A DNA stretch of 64,000 bases, taken from Eledone cirrhosa. Taxonomy: Eukaryota. Positions within the stretch are counted from its first letter, which is position 1. Each line of letters begins with the position of its first letter. Below, piece by piece: positions 25,901 to 39,500 of this stretch. The stretch lies in NCBI GenBank assembly GCA_964016885.1, contig OZ024763.1, positions 10,664,001 through 10,728,000 on the forward strand. Reading direction: 5' to 3'. A program made the position numbers and the translations under genes. The notes under the pieces were generated by a model that worked only from the letters and a program-made list of their open reading frames with translations, did not search any database and was not told the origin of the DNA.

Positions 25901-26863
25901 TGTCCATTCAATTATTGATCTATGTAAAATATATTACAAAATATCATAGTAAGAAAAAAGAAAAAAATACATACCTCTTCACTACACCCCGTCTCCTAAA
26001 GACGGGGGTGGGGGGTTAGTGAAGATGTATGTATTTTTTTCTTTTTTCTTACTATGATATTTTGTAATATATTTTACATAGATCAATAATTGAATGGACA
26101 TACGGGGAACTACCCCCCCCCCCCCCGAAACGATCGTAAAATAATGAGTTTTACTATGGATTATCCGTTTTTTGTTTAATTTCATTGTTTTAATATTTTT
26201 TCCTAGACAGTAATCTTGCGAACAAATATCATCTGCACCCTGTATATATATATATCATCATCATCATCATTTTACGTCCGCTCTTCCCTGCTTGCAAGGG
26301 TGGGACGGGTCTTATTCAGCACAGCATCTCTCCACTCGTCACGGTCCTTCGTCATCTCCACCGTGAGCTTCAGCAATCTGAGGTCTGTTCTCACCACCTC
26401 CGCCCATGTTTTTCATGGTCTACCTCTACAACGTCTTCCTTCAACTGGCATTTCCTGGCACTTCTTCACCCATCGGTCATCCTCCATGCGCATCACATGT
26501 CCATACCACCGCAGCCTCCTCTCTCGCACACTACATTCTATCCCTCTCAGATACAGTTTCTCTCTCAACACATTCATGCTGGATCGTTCAGGCACATTGA
26601 CACTGCACATCCAACGGAGTATGCTTGCCTCATTTCTCTCCAGCCGTCGCATATTGCTGCCCATGTCTCATATATATATATATGTCTCATATATATATAT
26701 ATATATATATATGAAGATCCCGTTAAGGGTGAAAGCAGCAATTCTTTGCTTAAACTTTAATCTGTTACTTTAATAAATATTTGCTCTACTGTTCTTATAT
26801 ATTTGATATATATTTATCCTTATCGAGCCCTCTTTGGATTTTAGTCTTCAAATTTATTATTAT

Positions 26864-26923
<60 letters not shown>

Positions 26924-27445
26924 CAGTGTTTCTTATAATACATGGCTCATTCTCTCTCTCTCTCTATATATATATCTTGTTCATTTGATTATATATATAT
27001 ATACATTCACAGTATATAGAAATGAATAAATGTATGTATAATAGACATGGCCTTTACACAAAACTGTGAGCAGCCCAGAAAGTACCTCAGACATATGAGA
27101 GGGATGGTGGAGTGGAGGAAACTAATTATCTAACCCTGCCACCACCACCACCTTCATCACCACCACTGCCATCATCACCACCACCATCACCATCATTACC
27201 AACTTCACCACCATCACCACCTGCATCACGATTACCACCACCTTCAACACCACCACCACCACTACCACCACCATCACCACCACCACCACCACCACCACCT
27301 TCATCATCACCACCACCACTACCACCACCACCACCACCACCACCAGATGGTGCAATCATAATGTAGCCAGGCCACATTCACCCCCTCCCGTCACCCCATC
27401 CATCGCCATCACATCCTGTACACAGATGTGAGCAACTAGTCACAC

Positions 27446-27484
<39 letters not shown>

Positions 27485-27547
27485 TCACATACAGTCACAC
27501 CTCTCATATATATATATATATATATATACACTCACATACAGTCACAC

Positions 27548-27586
<39 letters not shown>

Positions 27587-30500
27587 TCACATACAGTCAC
27601 ACTCTCATATATATATATACACACACTCACATAGTCACACTCTCATATATATATATATATATACATAGTCACACCTCTCATATATATATATATACATAGT
27701 CACACCTCTCATATATATATATACACTCACACCTCTCATATGTATATATATATACACTCACACACAGTCACACTCTCATATATATATATATACACTCACA
27801 CCTCTCATATACATACTCACATATATACACACATTCATATACACTCACACACATACATATACACACACCTCTCACACATATACAGTCGTCCTCTAATACA
27901 TATATACATACACACTAACACATATACACACAAGCATACTTGTCACATACACCTATACACACACACATACATACACACATACATACACACAAACATATAC
28001 ACACCACTAAGTATTTCCACTTATGGCCACCACAACAACAAACCAACCTTGACTAACAATACCAAGCAACACTCATGACGGTTAAAATATCCACTGTAGA
28101 ACCCATGCCAAAAGTGTCAAGAGGACTCTTGGTCGTGTCAGAGGCACAACAACCTCTCTAGTGTAGGTGAATTACATGATAAATGCACCCAGCACACTCT
28201 GTAAAGTGGTTGGTGGTAGGGACTCCAAACAAACAGTGAGGAAGACTATTCAGCTATGTCAATGGTTTGCAACTACCCTAGTGTTGGTAGCACAATAAAA
28301 GGTGCTCAGTAGAGCATGAGGTCATATATTGGGGTGTTGGTCCACCTGCAGGTTTGACATAGCCGAATAGTCTTCCTCACTCTTTATTAGTCTTCGTCAC
28401 TCTTTATTAGTCTTCGTCACTCTTTATTAGTCTTCCTCACTCTTTATTCAATAGTGACCAGTCTGTGACAATGTGTCTAACTCTTGCTAACAGAGAAAAT
28501 GGCTACTAAACAATGGTGGCGGTAATGATGATGAAAGTATAGCTCCTCGAATTACATCTTCTTTATCCTTCCTCGCCTTTGTCTCATATAATATCATCAT
28601 CATCATCATCACCATTTAGTGTCCATTTTTCCATGCTTACATGGGTTAGACGGGTGAACCAGGAGGCAAGTCTAGCTAGAGTTGGCCATGCTGTATCTTG
28701 CTCTATCAAGGACTGTAAATTTGGCTGGGTATTTTACAGCTGGATGCCCTTCCTAACACCAACCACATCTATAGAATAAAACACCTGAGATCAAATTGAT
28801 CAAAACACAGTACATAGTATGTTTACTAGTGGACAAATTGTTGTGAACATTTGTAGTAAACTAAAGTAAATATTTCAATTTTTAATGTGAGGGAACCATA
28901 ATGCTGTTTTATGCTTTTGAAGAATGTCTTGCTAATATGCTTTCATGTAGTAGGTCGTTAAGAGTTAATAACAACTCTTCTCGCTCATTTAATCCTTTTT
29001 ATAGTAAGCTACCTGAGACAGCTCTTGATACTTTCATATAACACTGTCCAATCTGAAGTACTTTATTTGAATTTAAACAAGCTCTCAAAGTGTATTTCTC
29101 TTATGTTCTAAACAATAGCTTCATTATGGAGAATTTAGTTATTTTTACGAAATCTCTACAAATTTTTTATTATTCAAAAAATATATTGTAACATACATAA
29201 GAAATGTCTGCTGCTCTCCCATGGCTACTGAGTTAGCTGTGAAATGTTTACAGCTTAAAACAGTTATAGCGAGACTTACTGTATATACTTCAATATAAGC
29301 TGATCCAAATATACGTGAAACAGGTGTAATATTCACCCCCAAAGTGAAGCAGGTGTAATATTCACCCCCAAAGTGAAACAGGTGTAATATTCACCTCCAA
29401 AGTGAAACAGGTGTAATATTCACCCCCAAAGTGAAACAGGTGTAATATTCACCTCCAAAGTGAAACAGGTGTAATATTCACCCCCAAAGTGAAACAGGTG
29501 TAATATTCACCTCCAAAGTGAAACTGGTGTAATATTCACCCCCAAAGTGAAACAGGTGTAATATTCACCTCCAAAGTGAAACAGGTGCAATAGTCACCCC
29601 CAACGTGAAACAGGTGTAATATTCACCCCCAAAGTGAAACAGGTGTAATATTCACCCCCAAAGTGAAACAGGTGTAATATTCACCTCCAAAGTGAAACAG
29701 GTGCAATAGTCACCCCCAAAGTGAAACAGGTGTAATATTCACCCCCAAAGTGAAACAGGTGTAATATTCACCCCCAAAGTGAAACAGGTGTAATATTCAC
29801 CTCCAAAGTGAAACAGGTGCAATAGTCACCCCCAAAGTGAAACAGGTGTAATATTCACCCCCAAAGTGAAACAGGTGTAATATCCACCTCCAAAGTGAAA
29901 CAGGTGTAATATTCACCCCCAAAGTGAAACAGGTGTAATAGTCACCTCCAAAGTAAAACAGGTGCAATAGTCACCTCCAAAGTGAAACAGGTGTAATATT
30001 CACCTCCAAAGTGAAACAGGTGTAATATTCACCTCCAAAGTGAAACAGGTGTAATATTCACCTCCAAAGTAAAACAGGTGTAATATTCACCTCCAAAGTA
30101 AAACAGGTGCAATAGTCACCTCCAAAGTGAAACAGGTGTAATATTCACCTCCAAAGTGAAACAGGTGTAATATTCACCCCCAAAGTGAAACAGGTGTAAT
30201 ATTCACCCCCAAAGTGAAACAGGTGTAATAGTCACCCCCAAAGTGAAACAGGTGTAATATTCACCCCCAAAGTGAAACAGGTGTAATATTCACCTCCAAA
30301 GTAAAACAGGTGCAATAGTCACCTCCAAAGTGAAACAGGTGTAATATTCACCTCCAAAGTGAAACAGGTGTAATATTCACCTCCAAAGTGAAACAGGTGC
30401 AATAGTCACCTCCAAAGTGAAACAGGTGTAATATTCACCTCCAAAGTGAAACAGGTGTAATATTCACCCCCAAAGTGAAACAGGTGTAATATTCACCTCC

Positions 30501-33500
30501 AAAGTGAAACAGGTGTAATATTCACCTCCAAAGTGAAACAGGTGTAATATTCACCTCCAAAGTGAAACAGGTGTAATATTCACCTCCAAAGTGAAACAGG
30601 TGTAATATTCACCTCCAAAGTGAAACAGGTGTAATATTCACCTCCAAAGTGAAACAGGTGTAATATTCACCTCCAAAGTGAAACAGGTGTAATATTCACC
30701 TCCAAAGTGAAACAGGTGTAATATCCACCTCCAAAGTGAAACAGGTGTAATATTCACCTCCAAAGTGAAACAGGTGTAATATTCACCTCCAAAGTAAAAC
30801 AGGTGCAATAGTCACCTCCAAAGTGAAACAGGTGTAATATTCACCTCCAAAGTGAAACAGGTGTAATATTCACCTCCAAAGTGAAACTGGTGTAATATCC
30901 ACCTCCAAAGTGAAACAGGTGTAATATTCACCTCCAAAGTGAAACAGGTGTAATATTCACCTCCAAAGTAAAACAGGTGCAATAGTCACCTCCAAAGTGA
31001 AACAGGTGTAATATTCACCTCCAAAGTGAAACAGGTGTAATATTCACCTCCAAAGTGAAACAGGTGTAATATTCACTCAACTGTAGAAGTGAGTTGTGAC
31101 ATCACAAGTGTCAAGCTGTATCGGCCTTTCCCTTGGACAACACCGGGGACATGGAGAGAGGAGGGTAGTATGCATGGGTAACTGCTGATCTTCCACAGAA
31201 ACACCTTGCCTCGACCTGTGATTCAGGGAAAAACTTTCATGACAGAAGGGGGTCTTTTTTTACTTTTTTGGTACATATTATATTCTATTTCCTTGTTGAT
31301 GTTCTCGTATTTCCTGCCCCCCCCCCCATTTCCTACATGTTTTCTACATTCACTGTAACCCTGCCCCCTCTAATGTTTCTTACTTCGTCTTTCTAATGGC
31401 CCTCTGCCTGTCTGGTAAATAAAGCAAATATCTTTATTATTATTGTTGTTGCTGATGTTGCTAGCATGGAAAGAAGCCCCCGCACCAACATACCTGCAGC
31501 CCTCATTCTAAGGATCCATCTGTCTCTCACCCCCTTCCTTAGCAAGGGACATATAGCCAACCCCCACACACTCAGCTCCCATCACTCAGTCTCTTTAAAG
31601 TCACCACCCACACTAATCCACTTCCCTTTGTAGGCCACCTCCATCAATAATACACAAACCATACACTCACACAGAAGCCATAATGCACCCCCACAAACCA
31701 TACACTCACACAGAAGCCATAATGCACCCCCACAAACCATACACTCACACAGAAGCCATAATGCACCCCCACAAACCATACACTCACACAGAAGCCATAA
31801 TGCACCCCACAAACCATACACTCCATCTGAACACACATAACAGCACTCATGATATACCTGGACTCTCCTCCAACTTGGCCCCTACTCCTGCAGGTCATTC
31901 TACTTACCACCCCCACTCTTCTTAAACATTTTTTTCCCAAACTCTGTTGTCCAAACTTCTTTCTCTCTCTCTCCAAACTCTCCATTTCCTGAAGAAGGAC
32001 TTATGTCCAATACATTGAAAACTTCATTTACTTCTGCTCAAGCTTGAATCTAATAAGACTTTGTTCTTTTTGCACCTCTGTGTTTATCTTGACTATTCTT
32101 GAACCTGGTGATGATATATATATATCATCATCATCATCATTGTTGTTTAACGTCTATCTTCCACGTTAGCATGGGTTAAACAGGTTTGTCCCAATTAGAG
32201 GCAAGTTGGGTCAGGTGACCATGTCTCAATCATATAGGACTCTTTCTGGCTGGTTTTCTATGGTTGGATGCCCTTCCTAACGCCAACCACATTTACAGTG
32301 TGTGCTGGGTGCTTTTTGCCGTGTCTCCTACGTGACCACTTTGCAGTGTGTGCTGGGCACTTTTTTCAGTGTCACCATCACGACCACTTTAGTGTGGGCT
32401 GGGAGCTTCACTGGATGTATTTACTTCAGCTTGTCCTCATTGGGGTGTATGGGAAGTTGGGGTGGGGCATACTGTATATATGCTTCAGTTTCGGCCTGTG
32501 CCAATGGTAATTCGAGTCTTCTGTATTACTGCATAAGGCCAGAGATCTTGGTCTTGTGTCATCACCTTTGAGAGGTTCAATTGAGCAAGGTCGGCTTTTA
32601 TCACCTCATCCCAAGTCTTCCTGGGTCTCCCCTCTTTTAGTGCTCTGCACCTTTTTATGCAGCTGTCATCCTTCATACACATCACATGTCCACACCAACA
32701 CAATCTCCTCTCCTGCATACAGTATTTGATTCCTCTTATGCCTAGTTTCTCTCTCAGTTAATTTATGCTTCCCCGTTCACGTTTATTACTATTACACATC
32801 CATCGGAGCATGCAGTCTTTATTTCTTTCCAATCTTCATAAGTCTTCTGCACACAGCGCCCAGATCTCCCTACCATGCAACATAGCTGTACGTATGCACA
32901 CATCATACAGTCTGCCTTTCATTCTGAGGGAGAAGCCTTTTGTAGCCAGCTGCACACAACATTTGATTCCTCTTATGCCTAGTTTCTCTCTCAGTTCATT
33001 TATGCTTCGCTGTTCTCATATATTACTATTACAGTTCGTTTATAATAAAATGTTGTAGTTTGCATGAAGCATTGTATATAATATATAATGTGGAAAGTGA
33101 TAAATGTAAGAAGGCTAAAACAATGCAAAATGGACAGTAAGGATGAAAAAGTTAGTTTCCTGGTAATCTTTGTTTTTTTCATCCTAATATTTCGGGACTG
33201 AAAATTCCCTTCATCAGAGTATAACACTCAGAGAAAACGGTTCCAGTCTACTTTGAAATTAGATTTAAATTAAAAATTTATAAACCGCTTTCAAGCTTTG
33301 TTTGATATTTACTGTAGTATTCACGAGAAACAGGAGGAGGACATCGATGGCCATATGTATTATCTCATTTATGCAAATTTCTTGTGTAAATTGTTGTGTT
33401 TAGGTTGTGTGTATGTACGTGTGGGTGTGTCCTTTTATGCCAAATATTGTGTGCTGAGTTGCATTCTGTTATTTATTTGTGGGTTGAGTCTATGTATAAG

Positions 33501-36500
33501 CAAGGCTTCCTTTATGCTTAAATTACCCACATTTCTCTCTCTGGCTTCAATATTGACTGTTATATTGTTGTTGGTGTTTCTGTTTTTTATGTGGGTGTGG
33601 AGTGGTCGAGTCACTCAACCACTCCACACCCGCATTAATCAACACCTCAGCACACACGCATCTTCATCTAAAACACACATAGACAACTTTTTCGTTGCCT
33701 TCATCTTATCATCCATTTTGCATTGTTTTAGCCTTCTTACATATATCACTTTCCACATTATATATATATATCTTTATTTTATATAGAAATGACTTCTACA
33801 AGACTAGAACTGATTCATTCATACGAAATCATCAGCAAAGTCTTTCCTGGTAATTTCCTACAAATGAAACAGTTCTAGTCCCGCTGAAGTCATTTCTATA
33901 TAAACTAAAGATGCCTATCCTTACCAACATATTGTGTACCTTTTTTAACAGTGGTCGCCTCCTGATAGCCACTGGAAATCAACCCATAACTATTATCTAT
34001 CGATATATTTCACTGAGCTGTTATGGTAACACAGGACCAAAGTATTGTATTTTGATAAAAATTTCTGTTATATAAATAGATACATAACTCATGTTAGCGT
34101 GGAGATGGATGTTAAATGATGACGATGATGATGATGATGATGATGAAAGAGATAGGTTGATATTGAGAGAGAAAGTATAGAGAGATATGGTTTACATACC
34201 TTTTCCAATCATCTGTTTGTCACTATAGATAGCCACCCAATACAGTGACATGATTGTCTGTGAGGCTGACTGGTGGATAAGTCTGAAATACACACACAGA
34301 TTCAATTACACATTCATGGCTATATATATACACACACACATACATACATATATACATTTAAAAAAGGGGGTGCACAAGACAAAAACACGGAAAAAATGGA
34401 CAGCCCCTTCTCTTCAGTCAACCCCTGGAAATCCTTATAGTTTCAGAACATTAAAATTGAGACTATTCATTCCAGTGCACATAAGATAGTAACAGAACAA
34501 AACAGGGAGACATAGGACAAATTTTGCCTTTCAGCAAATTACAGAAATAAAGTCTAAAAAATGCTGTAAACCAATGTGGCTAAAGTGAAAAGGAAGAGAA
34601 TGAAATATTGTGTGCAATCGCTGAGACAAAGAAAAATAGAAATATATAGTCTGGAATGTAGTCCTATGAATAGAGAGAACAAAACGTGTGGTAACTTGTC
34701 TAGCAAGTGAGAGAAATGAGATTGTGTAAACAGCCCAAGATACAGGACAGGAAGTAGAGAGAGAGAAAGAGAGGAGAGAGAGGAAGAAAGACAGACTGTA
34801 GACAATGTAATGTCTATTTTTAGACAGGCGTTGACAAGACCTGCATAGTTAAGACCATATTGACACACAAGACAAAGACAATGGAAAAAATGGACAGTCC
34901 CTTCTCTTCAGTCAACCCCTGGAAATCCTTATAGTTTCAGTACATTAAAGTTGAGACTATTTATTCCAGTGCACATAAGACAGTAACAAAGCAGGGAGAC
35001 ATAGGACAAATTGTGTCTATTAATGAATTACACAATATACATATACAAGCTTATATAACTATATATATATAGTTTAGGAATTGTAATGTCCAGTTACTGT
35101 AGGTTCACCAAAGTGACCACTTGATGCGTAGTTTCCAGTAGGTATATTGGTGTTGTACTAAGCAGAGTATAATACTAATAATAAGAAGGAGGAGGTGCTA
35201 GATCTTCATTACATTTACCGAGGTGTGACTTGTGTTTCGCGATTGATCAGCTCAAGACCCAATCTGTATCGATTAAACCCGACTCTGGAATCAAAAGCTC
35301 GTCAGACTTCTGTTGTGACAATTCTTTCATTACCAGAATCAGGGCTGATGAATACAGATCGCGCCTTGAGCTGATCTATCGCGAAATGCACGTCACACCT
35401 CAATAAATGTAATGAATACCTTGTCATTATTATTATCATTATTATTACATATATATATATATATATATACACTAATCTGTCCGATCAGTGGGTTTGCTAA
35501 TATGCAGATCTGACTGATCAGCCAGTCTGCTAATATGCAAATCCGGCTGATCAGTCACTGTATATTTCAGAAAATATCATATATTTTCACTAGCTCTGAC
35601 AGTTGACAGGTAAGTAGTATACACTACTGATGAAGGGTAATCACCCAGAAACATTAGTGTCTGCAGTTCTGTTTACATGCCAACACAAGAGCAAGAATGA
35701 CGAGGTCATTCTACTGACATGGCTTAAAGAGGCTGTTTGCATAATTGCAAATGAATCGAATATTATCATTAATATTTGAAAAACTCAGATTACATTTATT
35801 GTATTCAGCCATGTAGGGCGATAAAACTATTTGTTAGTTATATATATATATATATATATACACATACATGTCATCATCACTGTTTTATGTCCATTCTTCC
35901 ACGCTAGCATGGGTTAGTCGGGTTGTCCTGTTGTGGGCAGTATCTAGTTGGCTGACCATGCCTTGCTCATACAGGAACTGATTTTGGCTTGATTTCTACA
36001 GCTGGATGCCCTTCCTAACATCAACCTCATTTACAGTGAGTGGTGGGTGCTTTATTCCGTGGCGCCTACACGTCTACTTTACAGTGCGGGCTGGATGCTT
36101 TTTTGCAAAGGCACTTCCACAACCACTTTGCAGTGGGAGGGTGTGGGGGCATATATACATAATATATTTAGAGAATCCTCAAGTCTGATGCGCTACTGAT
36201 TCCAGATTTGAGCATAATCAATACGGATTGTGAAACACGACACATGTGAATAGATATAATGATGCTATAGTATTCTCAAAGGTATAGATCGGCTGATTAG
36301 CCTAATTTGCATACCGAACGATTTTAAGTGAGACTTTGCTACCGCTGGAAAAAAAGGATGACGTCGTCATCTAGAAAACACACACAGAGTTACGTGGCTG
36401 CTTGCAAAAGAACCGAGGTGGACTGGCAGTATCGGTAGAGGGTCGGATGCCATGCTTTGACACATAGAGTTACAACCCTTGCCATTCTGAGTTCAAATCC

Positions 36501-39500
36501 CGCCGAGGTTAACTTTGCCTTTCATCCTTATGGGGTCGATAAAATAAAGTACCAGTAATGCACTGGGTAATTGCTGGCCTTGTGCCAAAAAGTAGAAACA
36601 ATTAATAATATTATTATTATATTATTATTCTTCACTCACAAATACATTTAGGTATCCACCATGTTAGAGCAAAAACAACTTTTGTTTTATAAGCTTTAAG
36701 CTTATTCCATTTTAGCATCCAAAAGAAATAAGCCTTTCTGACGAAGGTTAACCCTTTTAGCATTTACATTACTCTATATATACTATTGTATTGTCACAGT
36801 AAAGGCTTTACCTCACATAACATTTACATTACTCTATATATACTATTGTATTGTCACAGTAAAGGCTTTACCTCACATAACATTTACATTACTCTATATA
36901 TACTATTGTATTTTTGTGGTAACGGTTTTACCTAACATAATTATCTCACATAATATTGAATCTATGAGATTTTGATGTTATTTATTTTGAAAACAATACC
37001 TTAACATCAATATGAGGAGCCAGTTACGGCTGGTTTGAACAGAAAGAGATGAGAGAATTCTGGCCCGATAGGGCTGGTTTAAATGCTAAAGGGCTAATGA
37101 ACCAAATTTTTTACAATTTTCAAAATCAAATGAAACACATAAAGAGTGAATTTCTTTCTAAATACAGCAAGGAAAGATGTTAGGAGTGAACTATACCTTG
37201 GTTCTGGTGGTGCTCTATTGTGGTATTGTAAAATAGACTTTAACATTCCCATAGGGTTGTCTATCTGCCATAAGTCATTAATGTCTTTATCTACAAGGTG
37301 AGGGACAATGAAATGGTTCACAAACCTCTCTGCTCGTCTCAGGCCCTGCAATAGAAAAATAAAAATATATATGTATGTAAAAGGTAAACAGAAATAACAC
37401 CACACAGCCATGTCTACACATATGTTGTGAAGTGAACACCACACAGCCATGTCAACACCTATGTTGTGAAGTGAACACCTTAACACAGCCATGTCTACAC
37501 CTATGTTGTGAAGTGAACACCACACAGCCATGTCAACACCTATGTTGTGAAGTGAACACCTTAACACAGCCATGTCTACACCTATGTTGTGAAGTGAACA
37601 CCACACAGCCATGTCAACACCTATGTTGTGAAGTGAACACCTTAACACAGCCATGTCTACACCTATGTTGTGAAGTGAACACCTTAACAACACAGCCATG
37701 TCTACACCTATGTTGTGAAGTGAACACCTTAACACAGCCATGTCTACACCTATGTTGTGAAGTGAACACCTTAACAACACAGCCATGTCTACACCTATGT
37801 TGTGTAGTGAACACCTTAACAACACAGCCATGTCTACACCTATGTTGTGTAGTGAACACCTTAACCACACAGTCATGTCTACACATATGTTGTGAAGTGA
37901 ACACCTTAACAACACAGCCATGTCTACACATATGTTGTGAAGTGAACACCTTAACCACACAGCCATGTCTACACATATGTTGTGAAGTGAACACCTTAAC
38001 CACACAGCCATGTCTACACATATGTTGTGAAGTGAACACCTTAACCACACAGCCATGTCTACACATATGTTGTGAAGTGAACACCTTAACAACACAGCCA
38101 TGTCTACACATATGTTGTGTAGTGAACACCTTAACCACACAGCCATGTCTACACCTATGTTGTGTAGAGAACACCTTAACAACACAGCCATGTCTACACC
38201 TATGTTGTGAAGTGAACACCTTAACAACATAGCCATGTCTACACATATGTTGTGAAGTGAACACCTTAACAACACAGCCATGTCTACACATATGTTGTGA
38301 AGTGAACACCTTAACCACACAGCCATGTCTACACATATGTTGTGAAGTGAACACCTTAACCACACAGCCATGTCTACACATATGTTGTGAAGTGAACACC
38401 TTAACCACACAGCCATGTCTACACATATGTTGTGAAGTGAACACCTTAACACAGCTATGTCTACACCTATATTGTGAAGTGAACACCTTAACCACACAGC
38501 CATGTCTACACATATGTTGTGAAGTGAACACCTTAACAACACAGCCATGTCTACACCTATGTTGTGAAGTGAACACCTTAACAACACAGCCATGTCTACA
38601 CCTATGTTGTGAAGTGAACACCTTAACAACACAGCCATGTCTCACCTATGTTGTGAAGTGAACACCTTAACAACACAGCCATGTCTACACCTATGTTGTG
38701 TAGTGAATACCTTAACAACACAGCCATGTCTACACCTATGTTGTGAAGTGAACACCTTAACAACACAGCCATGTCTACACATATGTTGTGAAGTGAACAC
38801 CTTAACAACACAGCCATGTCTACACCTATGTTGTGTAGTGAACACCTTAACACAGCCATGTCTACACCTATGTTGTGTAGTGAACACCTTAACAACACAG
38901 CCATGTCTACACCTACGTTGTGAAGTGAACACCTTAACAACACAGCCATGTCTACACCTATGTTGTGAAGTGAACACCACACAGCCATGTCTACACATAT
39001 GTTGTGAAGTGAACACCTTAACCACACAGCCATGTCTACACCTATGTTGTGAAGTGAACACCACACAGCCATGTCTACACCTACGTTGTGAAGTGAACAC
39101 CTTAACAACACAGCCATGTCTACACCTATGTTGTGAAGTGAACACCTTAACCACACAACCATGTCTTCAAGATAAAAACAGGCTTGGCTTGCCTGCTACA
39201 AGGTTGTTTCTCAGGTGTTTTAATGACAGTGGCCTCAGTCTGAGCATGAAATGAAGCACCTGGCTCAAGAACGCAACACTGCCTAATCAAGGTATTGAAT
39301 CCATGACTTTATGATTGTCAGTCCAACACGAACTGTTAGGTCATATCTTCACCAATCATTATCATTGTTACCAACAGAGCCTCTATGTTAGAGACATACT
39401 ATACTCCACACACTTACCTACCCCATGCATGGAACCTTTGAACGCCCTCACAAACTTACCTACCCCCCCCCCCCCCCCCCCCCTCCATCGAATCCTTCAC

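Noticed and set aside
27112-27377. Pro-rich and Gly-rich ORFs (also 5275-5504, 24269-24874)
   Set aside because: (CAC/CAT)n trinucleotide microsatellites.
36184-36250. CTGATGC...GAAAC as a further hammerhead
   Set aside because: The core has an A9 mismatch and no convincing stem I or UH site.
37094-38638. 514-aa Cys/His-rich ORF
   Set aside because: Stop-free translation of the 45-bp array running into a real MRPL44 exon; only 37197-37345 has splice signals and homology.
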